NCBI GenBank assembly: GCA_963702205.1
Contig: OY969724.1
Span: 3,264,001 to 3,328,000 of the forward strand
DNA length: 64,000 nucleotides
Source: an uncultured candidate division Zixibacteria bacterium
GTDB lineage: Bacteria > Zixibacteria > MSB-5A5 > GN15 > PGXB01
Reading direction: 5' to 3'
This document shows positions 1 through 11,267 of this stretch, one piece after another; the first letter of the stretch is position 1; each line of letters starts with the position of its first letter. A model generated the notes under the pieces. It had not been told where the DNA came from. It searched no databases and saw only the letters and a program-made list of their open reading frames with translations. Both the position numbers and the translations under genes were made by a program.

Positions 1-636
1 CGTCGGCGCGAGGCATTTCATGTTTTTTATCAAGTCCGTAACATAGTATTCGCTTTTGCTCTTCTTGTATTCCGGTCCCAATTTGTTCAGCAGGCCACAA
101 GTCTCAGTGGAAACGAGTTTTGACAATTTCTCAAGAGTTTGGGCGTCGATCACATTGTCCATTCTGAAATAATTAATCAAACGCTCCGGCCAGAAGACAT
201 TATTGGAGTCGATAAATCCCGTGGGTATGAATATCGTGGCCGGTATATTGTATTTTTTAAGCACCGGGAAGGCGTAAACGTAATTATCTCGCCAGGCATC
301 ATCAAACGTTATAACAACTGTACGTCGGGTGACCTCTTCATTCGCACCAATCCTGTCGCACAATTCCTTCAGGCTGATGATATCATAATTGTCCTGCAAA
401 TATTTCATTTGCGCATCAAATAAATTACTCAAGACAACAATGCCGGGATGTGATTGTATGCTCATCCAGGGCTTTACATCAACGGGATTGATGTCGGACG
501 GTATCACCCTGTGGTACATCAATATTAAGTAATTTCCTGTTTTCGTATTTTTGGCCAGCCAACTTTTTCTGAAGGGGAAAAAGCCGATATAATAAATTAA
601 TGCAGCTATAGCAATTTTAATAGCTCTTCTTATCAT
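1..636 (-). CDS. Polysaccharide deacetylase family protein (runs off the window edge)
   Basis: Manual translation from the ATG at 636, which overlaps the stop of the upstream gene: MIRRAIKIAIAALIYY...LILMYHRV...RTVVITFDDAW. These are NodB/CE4 motifs. Missed by the ORF track. Confidence 0.85.
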   Translation of the reverse strand, partial: MIRRAIKIAIAALIYYIGFFPFRKSWLAKNTKTGNYLILMYHRVIPSDINPVDVKPWMSIQSHPGIVVLSNLFDAQMKYLQDNYDIISLKELCDRIGANEEVTRRTVVITFDDAWRDNYVYAFPVLKKYNIPATIFIPTGFIDSNNVFWPERLINYFRMDNVIDAQTLEKLSKLVSTETCGLLNKLGPEYKKSKSEYYVTDLIKNMKCLAPT

Positions 637-2066
637 GCTTTCAACAATTCCATTTGTATCATTCTGGATTCGACATGTCGTTTAACTATGTAATAAAGGG
701 ATACTATCAGCGCCGCAAGAATGTACAGGTGCGGATAGTAAAGCACAGTTAAGAAGGAACCGTGGACTACGAAACCAATCAAAGAACAATCCAGGGCATG
801 CGAGAAATTTATGTACCATGGATCTCTTATATTGTTTTTCTTACACAACATGCGAGTTCGCCGATTATGTTTAAATAATACGACCAGCACCCCGACCAAA
901 ACTATCAAACCACCAATGCCAAGTTCCGAGGCCGCCTCTATGAAGATATTATGGACGACTGTGGCACCCCCTACCCCCGTGGGTCGATAATGGGTTGTCC
1001 AGGCCACCGGGAAATTATAGATGCCGACGCCTGTTAATGGATGATCTATAAACATATCTATTCCAGCCTTCCAAAGCCTAAGCCTGGATGATGCTGTTTT
1101 ATCTTCATTATAATCTTTGGCAGAAATAAAACGATCTTTCCAGGCAGTTGGTGCGGCCGTCCAGAAGCCGACGGCCAAAATGACAACCACAATAAGGCTT
1201 GTAAATTTACTTTTGCTTTTGACCCAATATGCAATGAGGGACGCAAATAATCCAAGAGCCGCTCCCCTCGACCCGCTTACCATAATAGAAGTCATAAATG
1301 CCAAAGTAAATGCGCCAGAGATTATTTTGAGCGCCAATGACTTCACTGATTTATATAAATAAAATGCAAGTGGAGCGACCACCACCATGGCTATCCCGAA
1401 ATCATTGGCGTTGTTAAAAAAGCCGCCCGAGCCAACCCCGACACCTTCTTGTATGAAGAATCGCAAATTTTCAGCGGATTCATAGCCGGAATGAAAACTC
1501 CTTAATTGGAACTGGCTCATTTTTAGATTAAGCAATAGAAACAGCCACATGAAAATCTGCCATTTGGATTTAGTATTCACGAGGTTCACTATCATAAAGA
1601 CTATCGCAAACCACTTGGCTAAGTCAATCGTCGCTTCTAATGCCACGCTCTTGTCGAAAGCGAACATAGTCGAAATGAAAGCTAAGATTAGCCAGGAGAT
1701 AAACAGCGAATAGATTTTGTCATATTCTATTTTAATGTCCCTCAGTACGGCGTAGCGTACTAACATGATGCCGATTGTAGGAAGCACGATCAATTTACCT
1801 ACCTGCAGAACGTATAATCCCGGAATCATGGCCGAAAGACGAGCATATTCAAATGTAATATAAGCGACGGCACCAAGATATGGATAGTGAAAAAGTATAA
1901 TCCCAAGTATCAGTATCCCTATAATTCCGAAAACAATTACTGGTCCCAGTATCAATAGCGCTATACCGCTTAAAAATGCTCCTATCATAACAAGCAAATA
2001 CCATAGATGATGCGGTTCGATTATATGAAACTGCCGGCCTTCGGCAATTTTAATGTCTTGCGCCAC
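633..2066 (-). CDS. O-antigen ligase/Wzy-like polymerase family membrane protein
   Basis: Multi-TM protein with NANDFG, SGSRGA, RLRLW...HPLTGVG and HNIFIEAASELG motifs. Confidence 0.85.
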   Translation of the reverse strand: MAQDIKIAEGRQFHIIEPHHLWYLLVMIGAFLSGIALLILGPVIVFGIIGILILGIILFHYPYLGAVAYITFEYARLSAMIPGLYVLQVGKLIVLPTIGIMLVRYAVLRDIKIEYDKIYSLFISWLILAFISTMFAFDKSVALEATIDLAKWFAIVFMIVNLVNTKSKWQIFMWLFLLLNLKMSQFQLRSFHSGYESAENLRFFIQEGVGVGSGGFFNNANDFGIAMVVVAPLAFYLYKSVKSLALKIISGAFTLAFMTSIMVSGSRGAALGLFASLIAYWVKSKSKFTSLIVVVILAVGFWTAAPTAWKDRFISAKDYNEDKTASSRLRLWKAGIDMFIDHPLTGVGIYNFPVAWTTHYRPTGVGGATVVHNIFIEAASELGIGGLIVLVGVLVVLFKHNRRTRMLCKKNNIRDPWYINFSHALDCSLIGFVVHGSFLTVLYYPHLYILAALIVSLYYIVKRHVESRMIQMELLKA

Positions 2067-3471
2067 TCTTTATTTCCTTTTGAGGCGAGCATTGTGTCTT
2101 TGTCTTGTCCAGCACGTGGGCAAACCGTTCAGTTAGATTTCGGTATTCATATTTATTTATGCAATTAAAATCAGGTGATATCCTGAGTTTATTCTCCATT
2201 TTTGCCAAATACAACTCATACAAATTGGATTTTATCCGGTCAACTTGATTAAATGGAACCAGAATGCCACTCTTACATTCAACTATAGCATTGCTAACCT
2301 CACCCTCACGACCAACTATAAATATCAGCTGACCGGCCTTCAAATACTCGAACACTTTTCCCGGGAATTGTTGATTCGTTATGGTCTGAGGACCCAGCAG
2401 CAGCAATAGTATATCTGCGCTCATCATATTTGAAATCGCGAGAGTATGTTCACGAAATCCCAATAAATGGACAATATCCGTAAGATTCAATGCATTGATC
2501 TCACCCTTGTAACTGTGTGGTACATAACCAATAAAATTTATTTCGAAACTTTTGCTTATCTCAGGGTGCTCACTTTTTAAATCTGCAAGTGCTTGAAAAA
2601 ACTTGCCTGCCGTCCCAGCATATAAAGTACCCATATGTAATATCGTGAATTTGCTCGCAGGATTGTGAGAAGACTGGATTTTACAATCTATAAAATCATC
2701 GGCATCGAACCCATTGGTTATGCATTGGCATTTTGATCTGTCGATTTCCGGAAATTGCCCGACAAGATCGTCGATATTGCCTTCGCACATTGTTACTATT
2801 TGATCCGCCTTTCTGACAAACCTTCGCATAAGCCACAAATCGAGCCTGCGGCGGTATTTGCTGGAATAGGCATTGGGATATCCTACCACCCAATTATCCC
2901 TTAGATCAACAAGCCAGGGTTTGCGAAACAGGAACTTCAGGGTCAATCCGACAAATTGAGTGGTTGGCGGGGCGGAGGTCGTGCATACCACATCTGGCTT
3001 CTCATTCATAATGATGCGGATCGCTTTAAATAGCGCAAACGGATACCAACCGACCTTGGAATCCGGGAGATATAACCAATTTTCCACGAATCTATTCAAC
3101 TTACTAAGGATATTATTCTTGATCCATGTCTTTATTGATATGCGTTCCTCAGACCTGTAATTGGAGACATCGTTATCAACAGACGGTGCCTTGGAAATTG
3201 AAGCAGCAGGTTTGCCAAAAAGCAAGTTATATATTTTATCGTTAATTTCTGTCAAATCGATTGAATAAGCTCGGTTTATCTTTGTCCCGTCAGGTATATC
3301 TTTAAGAAGGGTATGATCGAGTGCGTCAACATATGGATTCCTGGCAGTCAGCACAATCGGCTCCCAACCGAATTCCCATAAATGTTTCACGAATTTGACC
3401 GGACGATAGATTCCCGATGTGCATGCAGGAGGGAAATCATATGTTATAAACAATAACTTCTTCATTTTCAA
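2050..3471 (-). CDS. Glycosyltransferase family 4
   Basis: N-terminal LFITYDFPP...G..RP.KFVKHL and C-terminal PGKVFEYL motifs. Confidence 0.85.
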   Translation of the reverse strand: MKMKKLLFITYDFPPACTSGIYRPVKFVKHLWEFGWEPIVLTARNPYVDALDHTLLKDIPDGTKINRAYSIDLTEINDKIYNLLFGKPAASISKAPSVDNDVSNYRSEERISIKTWIKNNILSKLNRFVENWLYLPDSKVGWYPFALFKAIRIIMNEKPDVVCTTSAPPTTQFVGLTLKFLFRKPWLVDLRDNWVVGYPNAYSSKYRRRLDLWLMRRFVRKADQIVTMCEGNIDDLVGQFPEIDRSKCQCITNGFDADDFIDCKIQSSHNPASKFTILHMGTLYAGTAGKFFQALADLKSEHPEISKSFEINFIGYVPHSYKGEINALNLTDIVHLLGFREHTLAISNMMSADILLLLLGPQTITNQQFPGKVFEYLKAGQLIFIVGREGEVSNAIVECKSGILVPFNQVDRIKSNLYELYLAKMENKLRISPDFNCINKYEYRNLTERFAHVLDKTKTQCSPQKEIKSGARH

Positions 3472-3981
3472 ATATATAATCAGCCTTTAACCACAGAATT
3501 AATAAAAATTACTAAATTACAAAATTGTTGTCAAGTTCTTATCAATACATAAGTATTTATATATCTTGCGGTTACGGCGGCGGCCGCAAAGAACCATTAA
3601 CCGCAGCTATTGTCCCAATTAGAATACAGACAACGATATATTGTGTATATACGACAATAGGACCATTTCTGTAGAGCATTAATGACCTGATTAATAATTA
3701 TTTATGTGTGAATGTGACCCTCGGGGAATAAATATTTTCAAAATTCATTGATTTGTGAAGGATAATTAGGAACAAATGCCCGGAGACCATATTTTAATTG
3801 TAAATTGATCATAATTGCCATTATCAAAGGCGATACAAGATTGGCAAAGGCGGAAATTCCGGAATAAATTTAGACTAATTGGGTAAATCAATAATGCCGA
3901 TTTATCTGGTATATAAAAAGGAATAAATTATAATTATAATAATTGGTTGGTTGGTAATATAATTAAATTTCGGAGCAAACT

Positions 3982-4650
3982 ATGGCAATAACAGAATTTT
4001 ACAACTTGAACACTCCCGAGGGCACGGAGGTTCAAAAAGTACTTCGGTATATTTCTAAAACAACCAATGATGCTTTTAAAACGCTGATGGTAACCTCCAC
4101 AAAAAGTTCGGAAGGCAAGTCCGTAGTTTCGTCCTTAATTGCCATGACATATTGCCAGGAATATAGTAATAATGTTCTTTTAATTGATCTCGATTTAAGA
4201 CGACCTTCAATTCATACGCTCTTTGACTTGCCATTAGGCGACGGCGTTATAGATCTCATTCAAGGGCATTTGACAATTGGCCAGGCGATTAAGCACTCCA
4301 ACATTGACGGTTTGGATATTATAACATCAGGTAATATTTCCAATGACGCCAATAATATTCTCGCTAATGCGAGGATTATGAATATGTTGGATCAATTAAG
4401 TCATAGATATGATAAAATAATCATTGACTCTCCTCCCGTATTGCCCGTCATAGACGCATTGACGATACTTGATTATGTTGATTATGCAGTGTTGGTATTA
4501 AAATTGTGCGACACCACTCATCGTCAAGCTGAACTTGCGATGAAATCATTATATAGCCATAAAAAGAAAATTTTGGGGGTTATCGTCAACGACTCCAATA
4601 GGCGTTTGCCCACAGAATACAGATATTACGACAACAATTATTATAAATAG
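3982..4650 (+). CDS. CpsD/CapB-family bacterial tyrosine kinase (cytoplasmic domain only)
   Basis: Walker A variant STKSSEGKS, LLIDLDLRRP, IIIDSPP and a Tyr-rich C-terminus EYRYYDNNYYK. Confidence 0.9.
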   Translation: MAITEFYNLNTPEGTEVQKVLRYISKTTNDAFKTLMVTSTKSSEGKSVVSSLIAMTYCQEYSNNVLLIDLDLRRPSIHTLFDLPLGDGVIDLIQGHLTIGQAIKHSNIDGLDIITSGNISNDANNILANARIMNMLDQLSHRYDKIIIDSPPVLPVIDALTILDYVDYAVLVLKLCDTTHRQAELAMKSLYSHKKKILGVIVNDSNRRLPTEYRYYDNNYYK

Positions 4651-5036
4651 CATGGATTAAGCAATCGGCTTCCGGCCGCTTTTTATCGTGCAATAGTCGT
4701 TCTTTTGCTTTATCAATATTAGCCAAATCCGTTCTTACGGCTTATAATATCATAATTAAAAAAGCGCCGGCGCCTGATATAAAATACATCAAAAGCCGAT
4801 CATCACAACAGGGGTCTCCTGTGGGTTATTGAATATTATCGACCTCAAAAATTATCATCTTCATTTTCATATATTAAGTAACTCAGGCCGATAAATGATA
4901 TGGGAATAAAATCACGAAAAATGGGATAATTCCCATAGAAAATCAGGTTCCGGTCTTCCCGGCGTTCGTTATATCACCCCGATGGCCGTAATTCGTTACA
5001 TAGCATAGCAATACGATGCCATTAATGCCACCCCCA

Positions 5037-5053
5037 TTGGCCTGTATTTTGCG
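5037..5053 (+). promoter_or_regulatory. Putative sigma54 -24/-12 promoter
   Basis: TTGGCCTGTATTTTGCG (GG-N10-GC) just upstream of the GT2 gene. Confidence 0.55.
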
Positions 5054-5077
5054 AACCTATATTGCATATGGATTTAT

Positions 5078-6159
5078 GTGAGGCATGAAATATTATCATC
5101 GGGGGATGGTGTGAAGAGTGATGTAAACACTACCTGGGAGTCGCTGCCCAAAATCAGTGTCGTTATTCCGGTAAAAAATGAGGCCGCGAATCTCGAACGT
5201 ACAGTCAGCGGCCTTTTATCGCAAAGCTATCCAAATGGTTTTTTGGAAATTTTGATTATAGTCGCCGATTCGTCGGATAAGACAAATGAGATTGTTCAGG
5301 GCCTGTCGGCAAAGCACAGCACAATCAGAGTTTATCATAATCCGCAATCCGTTTCTGCCGCAGCGAGAAATATTGGCATCAAAAATGCCCGGGGCGATAT
5401 AATATTATTCGTGGACGGTCATACCTATATTGACAATAACCAGCTCCTGCTGAATACTGCAAAATTAATGAGGACTCATGGAGTATCTGTACTAAGCAGG
5501 CCTCAATTTTTAAGAACACCTTACAATAATTTCATTCAAAACGCCGTCTCTCTGGCAAGAGAGTCAGTCATCGGGCATGCTTCCGATTCCACAATATACG
5601 AAAGGCAGGAAGCGTATGTGGACCCATCGAGCGCGGGCGCGACTTACGAAAAAGAAATCTTTAACACGGTCGGCATATTCGACGAGGACTTCGACGCGTG
5701 TGAGGACGTGGAGTTTAATTTCAGGGTAGCTCAAGCCGGTTACCGAGCGTTCACTTCTTTGAAATTAGGTGTTTATTATATACCGAGAGATTCTCTCGGG
5801 GACTCTTAACGCAAATGATGAGATACGGTCTTGGCAGATTTAAATTAATACTTAAGCACCGGAAGTCACTGAACGCCGCGACATTGATCCCGCCCCTTTT
5901 TACGCTCGCCATCCATATGTTGCTGGGGCTTTCATTTTGGGACCATATGTATGCCGAAGGTCTGCTGCTAATCCTGATTTTTTATTATGCTCTGGTGTTT
6001 TTTTTCTCAATAAAGATAAGCGTACATAACGGATTTAAATACCTATGGACTTTACCCGCCGTCTTTACGGTGATTCATATAGGATTGGGATATGGTTTTA
6101 TTTGGGGTTTTGCAAGATACATTTTTGAACGAAATCATAAAATCCGAAGCGGCCCTTAA
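5078..6159 (+). pseudogene. Glycosyltransferase family 2 (ExoA-like) split by a 1-bp frameshift
   Basis: ORFs 5078-5809 and 5815-6159 join into one reading frame (...PRDSLGGLLTQMMRYG...) if one G is added to the G4 run at 5798-5801. Could be a sequencing error. Confidence 0.75.
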
Positions 6160-6182
6160 GACTTTTTGAGCCATGCGGGATA

Positions 6183-7193
6183 TCAATTGGGACGCATCTC
6201 CAAAAATTCCTCCAAATTCCCGGCTTTTTCAGGATCTATTGCATTCAAAATAGTCAGTACTTCTTTTGCCTTCGCGCCATTATTGGAAAAATAATATGCG
6301 ACCCCGAGGTTATAATACGCCTTTATAAATGTACTATCGAGTTGGATTGTCATTTTCAGGGCATCTATGGCTTCATGGTAACGTCCCAATATTCCCAGTT
6401 CAATGCCCAGGTTACAATAGGCTTCAGCGTAGTTTATGTCGTGCTTAATGGCCTGCCGGTAACTATTAATCGCTTCCAAAGCCTTTCCCATGTCTCCGTA
6501 AAGAACCCCCAAATTAAAGTACAATTTCGGATCAGTGGGAGCTTGTTTCAAGGCCTTTAGAAATATTTTTTCCGCTTCGTCATATTTTTTTATTCTGCCA
6601 AATACCGTTCCGAGGTTGCTGTAAGCCTCAACATAGCCTTTGGAATATTTTATTGCCCTTTTATATGCAGCTATGGCTTCACCATAGTTATGCAAATCAC
6701 TATGAATTAAACCCAAACCGTAATGTGCTTTGGCATATCTGGGCGATATTTCCAGACAAGACCTTAAGTCATTCAAGGCTTCGGGAAAATTCCTCGTTTT
6801 CGCATACAATGCCCCGCGATTGCAATAGGCCTTAAAATTATTCGGGTTAATTTCTATTGACCTCGAATATGATCTAAGTGCATTATCGGTGTCCTGCAAT
6901 TTATTATAGATAATGCCCAGGTAATAATAGCTTTCACTATCCCCGGGATCGACCTTTAATGCCTTGTGGAAATACCGCAAAGCCTCATTGAAATTTCCGA
7001 TTTTCGCGTAAGCAATTGCCAAATTGAAAATCGCATCGGCATCCTCCGGATGCACCATAAGCTTTTTCCCCAGCGAATTTATTAATTCGCCGGAAGCGGT
7101 ACTTAATGCTATATTTGTATTTTGATCCATATTGTCACATTGACCATTAAGCAAATCGATTGCGATATCTGTATTTATAATACGCTTACGCAT
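6183..7193 (-). CDS. Tetratricopeptide repeat protein
   Basis: About 8 TPR repeats (AY.NLG...A...Y..AI). Start uncertain; ATG at 7193 chosen. Confidence 0.85.
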   Translation of the reverse strand: MRKRIINTDIAIDLLNGQCDNMDQNTNIALSTASGELINSLGKKLMVHPEDADAIFNLAIAYAKIGNFNEALRYFHKALKVDPGDSESYYYLGIIYNKLQDTDNALRSYSRSIEINPNNFKAYCNRGALYAKTRNFPEALNDLRSCLEISPRYAKAHYGLGLIHSDLHNYGEAIAAYKRAIKYSKGYVEAYSNLGTVFGRIKKYDEAEKIFLKALKQAPTDPKLYFNLGVLYGDMGKALEAINSYRQAIKHDINYAEAYCNLGIELGILGRYHEAIDALKMTIQLDSTFIKAYYNLGVAYYFSNNGAKAKEVLTILNAIDPEKAGNLEEFLEMRPN

Positions 7194-7455
7194 AATATTT
7201 CTTTGATTCAATTTGCAGATAGATGCTACTAAGGGCCGGGTGAGCCTCGGCCATCTCCTTGGCCTTAAAATTCTAACCTGAAGCAATTAAACCAGGAATG
7301 GCCCAAAAAAAATCAGCAGGGAATTTTTTAAAGTCAAGTCAGTTAACAAGTCCTTTGACTCAAAAAATCGTCGTCCTTACCTCCAAGGTTAAGTCCCTAT
7401 AAGTTATGTGCAATTCCCTAAGCTGTCGCGGATATTAAAATATTACAAAAGTAGC

Positions 7456-7472
7456 AGCAAAAGTTCTGCCGG
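7456..7472 (-). promoter_or_regulatory. Putative sigma54 promoter of the TPR gene
   Basis: CCGGCAGAACTTTTGCT (GG-N10-GC). An imperfect palindrome TGTCAAAAATTGACG at about 7591-7605 lies at enhancer distance. Confidence 0.5.
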
Positions 7473-7685
7473 AAGGCTTACGTTAAATCACTCCGACTCC
7501 TAAATGTCCCGAAAGCCCATTTCCCGCAATATCCAATGATGAAATCTCCCTTATATTTTAAGGGATAAAATTAAAATAGCAATAAAAATTTGTCAAAAAT
7601 TGACGCAAAGGAGCCCCGAAATTATGCATATATTAGCATATATACGGGTTGAACAGCCTGCCATTTCGGTATTTTGGCGTGTCGT

Positions 7686-9212
7686 TTACCCGGCCAACAA
7701 ATATCGCTGGACTTTGCCTGAAGGCGATTTAGGGATACTATCCCGATATTCAATCATGGCCGGGACTTTATATAAAGGGAGATTTTTATGGCATAATTTA
7801 AATATTTCATTTTCAGGAGTGTTGGATCCATCTTTCAACACCACAATCGCCTTAATCTTTTCGCCGAGCAGGTCATCGGGTATCCCCAGGACGACAGCCT
7901 CCTGCACACCGGGATGTGTCATGATAATATCTTCTATTTCCTTGGGACTGATTCTATACGCACCGGATTTAATCATATCATCCCGACGTCCTACCACATA
8001 AATGAATCCATCGTCATCCATCATAGCCAGGTCATTCGTATGCAAACCGTCTGTTTTGAGCACTTTTGCGGTTTCTTCAGGACGATTCCAATATCCCAGC
8101 ATAACATTGTCTCCCTCGGCGACGATCTCTCCGATTTTCCCGGACGGGCAAATATCGCCGGATTCATTACGAACCGTTAACCTGACACCGGGGATTGATT
8201 TCCCGATGGAACCTGTTTTCGTTGGATGCAAAGCCGGTTCATAATATGACAATCGTGCCGAAGCCTCGGTCTGGCCGTACATTACGAATAACCTGACCCG
8301 GGGTAATGCTTCAATGATGTTTTGTGTAATTACCGGAGCCATGGGGCCCCCCGCCTGAGTCATATATCTCAGATGCTCCCATTCGCTTTTAAAGAAATTC
8401 GATTTATTCATCAAGATAATAAACGTCGATGGGACCCCGGCAAAACCCGTGACTTTCTCTTGCGCCATTATTTTTAGAATAAGGCTCGGAAAAGCAAAGC
8501 GGTTATCTATGACCACACTGCCGCCGACTCGCATGTGTGTAAGAAGAACGGAGTTGCCATAGGCATACGTAAGCGGCAGGACGTCCATCGCAATATCTTG
8601 GTCGGTTAATTCCAGATAGCTGATGATCGAATTGCTGTTAGCGACCAGATTGCGGTGTGACAGCATAACGCCCTTCGGAGCTCCCGTCGTACCCGATGTA
8701 TAAATAATCATGGCCGGGTCATTGGGATCAATCGTTACGCTCGGGCCACGGCTGGCATTTTCAGCCAGAATTTGGGGGAGATAATCCGGCTTTATGCGGG
8801 ACGGGATTTTCTCATCATCCTCCGCTCCATCGACTATAATAATTTTGAGGTCTTCAAGGTCATCCACATAATCCCCGATAAGATGCCAATGCCTGGTCTG
8901 AATAATTATAACCTTGGGAGTGCAATTGATTAAAATGCCCTTTTCGGCAATCGCAGATGACACGGGATTACGACCCACCACTACGCCACCGGCCTTCAAC
9001 ACGGCAAAATATGATATAACGTAATTTATGGATGAATCCCAAATAATGGCTGCCCTGTCGCCTTTTTTCAGGCCCGATTGATTCAGGAAAAGCGCCAGAC
9101 AATCCGCTTGCCGGTTCAAATCTTCATAGTTTACCCGGGTATCCATATAAACGAGGGCGGGACAATTTGAATGAGTTTCCGATGAAGATTCGAGAAAATT
9201 ATGCACCAACAT
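7686..9212 (-). CDS. AMP-dependent acyl-CoA ligase (class I adenylate-forming enzyme)
   Basis: YTSGTTGAPKGV, MYGQTEAS, GRRDDMIKSG and PKSPSGKVQR motifs. Confidence 0.92.
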   Translation of the reverse strand: MLVHNFLESSSETHSNCPALVYMDTRVNYEDLNRQADCLALFLNQSGLKKGDRAAIIWDSSINYVISYFAVLKAGGVVVGRNPVSSAIAEKGILINCTPKVIIIQTRHWHLIGDYVDDLEDLKIIIVDGAEDDEKIPSRIKPDYLPQILAENASRGPSVTIDPNDPAMIIYTSGTTGAPKGVMLSHRNLVANSNSIISYLELTDQDIAMDVLPLTYAYGNSVLLTHMRVGGSVVIDNRFAFPSLILKIMAQEKVTGFAGVPSTFIILMNKSNFFKSEWEHLRYMTQAGGPMAPVITQNIIEALPRVRLFVMYGQTEASARLSYYEPALHPTKTGSIGKSIPGVRLTVRNESGDICPSGKIGEIVAEGDNVMLGYWNRPEETAKVLKTDGLHTNDLAMMDDDGFIYVVGRRDDMIKSGAYRISPKEIEDIIMTHPGVQEAVVLGIPDDLLGEKIKAIVVLKDGSNTPENEIFKLCHKNLPLYKVPAMIEYRDSIPKSPSGKVQRYLLAG

Positions 9213-9788
9213 CTTGCTTCTCCTTCATTTTAGGGCACAAAATAATTTCACACGGCTCGGAATACTGAGACCCATATTTCTCATCCGAGCTTTAATTAAT
9301 ATTAAGGCGCTTCAATGATGTCATATGACAACAATGGGATGACTAAATGCCGTCAAGCGGCACTAATAAACAGCCCCGCGATCAATTGGCACCTTTTGAC
9401 GATTGGCCTGCGATATGCACCTTTACAATATTCACACATAATCGATTCATTTATCAATATCCAAATGATACTTAATATTTCTATGATTACAATTAATAAA
9501 TACGCGGCAAAGTCTGCAAAATGCGCAGAAAATTATATGGCTGAGTTTGTCCAATAAATGGCTGGTGTGATTTTGCTTTAAGGAAGTATAAAATGGCGTT
9601 TAAATCCGGTATTGGCATGGACTAACGAGGAATATATAAATATATTTAAGGAATTTTTGCCATTTACAGGCTCAGATGACTTACACCGAATCCACAAGAG
9701 AATCTCCAAAAATCCGCGTCAAAAAATTGTCACAAGCCAATTAAAGGCAATTGATTCGACAATTAACATTATGTCAGGAAATAAGTTA

Positions 9789-9819
9789 AATAAAAAATAG
9801 CGGTGCAGTGACTTGAACC
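9789..9819. repeat. Distal att-like copy of the tRNA-Met 3' end
   Basis: 30/31 identical to 23150-23180 (AATAAAAAATAGCGGTGCAG[T/G]GACTTGAACC). Confidence 0.9.
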
Positions 9820-10129
9820 TTTACTGCACTTTTCGATTCCGATAGAAATCGACCGACTAAATCCCATTATTCCCCGTTTACAATCGGTGTAAGTTATTGG
9901 AAAAAATATTAGAAAATATACAGTTCGGAATAATCCCGAAAGGGTATAAATACTAAATATTGTAGTAGTCAATCCCTTATAGCCGCCGGAAATACCTTCT
10001 TATATTATCCTTGCCGAGGCATACTTAATATTCGATTAAGAAATAACAAAAGAGTGGGAGGGAAATTGATAGCGCGATGATTCAAAATAGCTTCTGATTG
10101 ACTAAATCCTTGAAAATGATATATTAATT

Positions 10130-10969
10130 TTGGTTTCGAGCACAGATCAGGAGTTGTGTATGGAGCCTCTGATTAATCAACGAACCGAATTTGGACCGGG
10201 GGTTAATTCAGTGAGGACTATTCGCTGCACCTGCCCAATCATCCCTGTCCTTCTTGTGATTTCCTTGTTTATGGCAGTGCCGAGCTTGGCTGATTCCACT
10301 GGTACTTCCGCACGAGTCCAACCCAAGCGATGGTTCTCACTCACTCCACGACCGTTGTGGGAATGCCAACATTTCCTCATCACCGAATTCGGAGTCGTGT
10401 ATCGGTGCGACAAGCCACCAAAGGCCGAGGCAGATGTGTGGACAACCTTTCTGGCCGAGGTGGGTTTTATGCGCAACCTAACCCTCCGATCGGCGGTCGG
10501 CTGCTCGTTATTCGGCGAAAGCGGGGGCGACGGCTCAAGGGCAGGGATTCGAGGCCGATATCGGCTGTGGTTAAAGCCTCGCGGGAAGGGGCCGCCTTAC
10601 ACCAGCGTAGATATAACCCCTGGGGTTATTCTGTGGGGATCGCACAGGTACGCTTACCCCCCACTTTCAGGACCGGATGATCCCGACCTATCCAATACTC
10701 GCCTGCTCAACGTCCGGTATCCGGGCTTTGCGACATCTGTCGCTCTGAACTGGCGCGAATGGCTGGGTATCATATTCCATGCCGAGTATATTCCGCTCGA
10801 CCAAGTGAGTCCACCGCCTCTGTCCGAAACAGAACCGCGTCGCACCCACGATACGGCATGGTATTTAGGATTGAGGACGGGGTCATATGGCGGCCCGTTG
10901 TTGTGGGTGTCTGTCGCAATCGCCACTATTGCCATGGCTGCTGTATTCAGCGGTTCAGGCATGTTTTAA
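10130..10969 (+). CDS. Hypothetical exported/membrane protein
   Basis: 279-aa ORF with a signal-like hydrophobic stretch, beta-strand-like segments and a C-terminal TM helix. Start uncertain (ATG 10160 possible). Confidence 0.6.
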   Translation: MVSSTDQELCMEPLINQRTEFGPGVNSVRTIRCTCPIIPVLLVISLFMAVPSLADSTGTSARVQPKRWFSLTPRPLWECQHFLITEFGVVYRCDKPPKAEADVWTTFLAEVGFMRNLTLRSAVGCSLFGESGGDGSRAGIRGRYRLWLKPRGKGPPYTSVDITPGVILWGSHRYAYPPLSGPDDPDLSNTRLLNVRYPGFATSVALNWREWLGIIFHAEYIPLDQVSPPPLSETEPRRTHDTAWYLGLRTGSYGGPLLWVSVAIATIAMAAVFSGSGMF

Positions 10970-11267
10970 CGTCAGGGCGGTGCAGCTGCGGGAAAATTCG
11001 GTGGTCTGCATTGTTGCATCCCAGTAACAACCTTGATTGCTTTCAAAGCGTCGGAATGGGTGTAATCGAGATTCCCAGACCCATGAAAACACCCCTGCCA
11101 GAATTAGTGCAATATGTTTGACCCTGTCAGGTATGGGGCACATATGAATTAAAGTTTGACAAAATGGATCGGAATAATTATTATTATTTATAGTTCAGAA
11201 AAATATATTTTATGGACTGACCCAAAAAAGCCAGTCGCGATTTATCATCCAACAAAGGAGTATACCC

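Noticed and set aside
139..423. 94-aa + strand ORF
   Set aside because: Antisense to the deacetylase gene, which has clear motifs.
4770..4894. Sigma28-like GCCGATAA/GCCGATCA boxes
   Set aside because: No TAAA at the correct 15-bp spacing.
9403..9800. GG-N10-GC motif at 9403-9419 and ORF 9612-9800
   Set aside because: No convincing downstream gene or terminator; the ORF has a TTG start and no recognisable features.
9769..9972. Minus-strand ORF crossing the att tail (SISIGIEKCSKGSS)
   Set aside because: Its similarity to the second copy mirrors the + frame conservation. The + frame is fully synonymous, whereas this one has an S/N change and no RBS.
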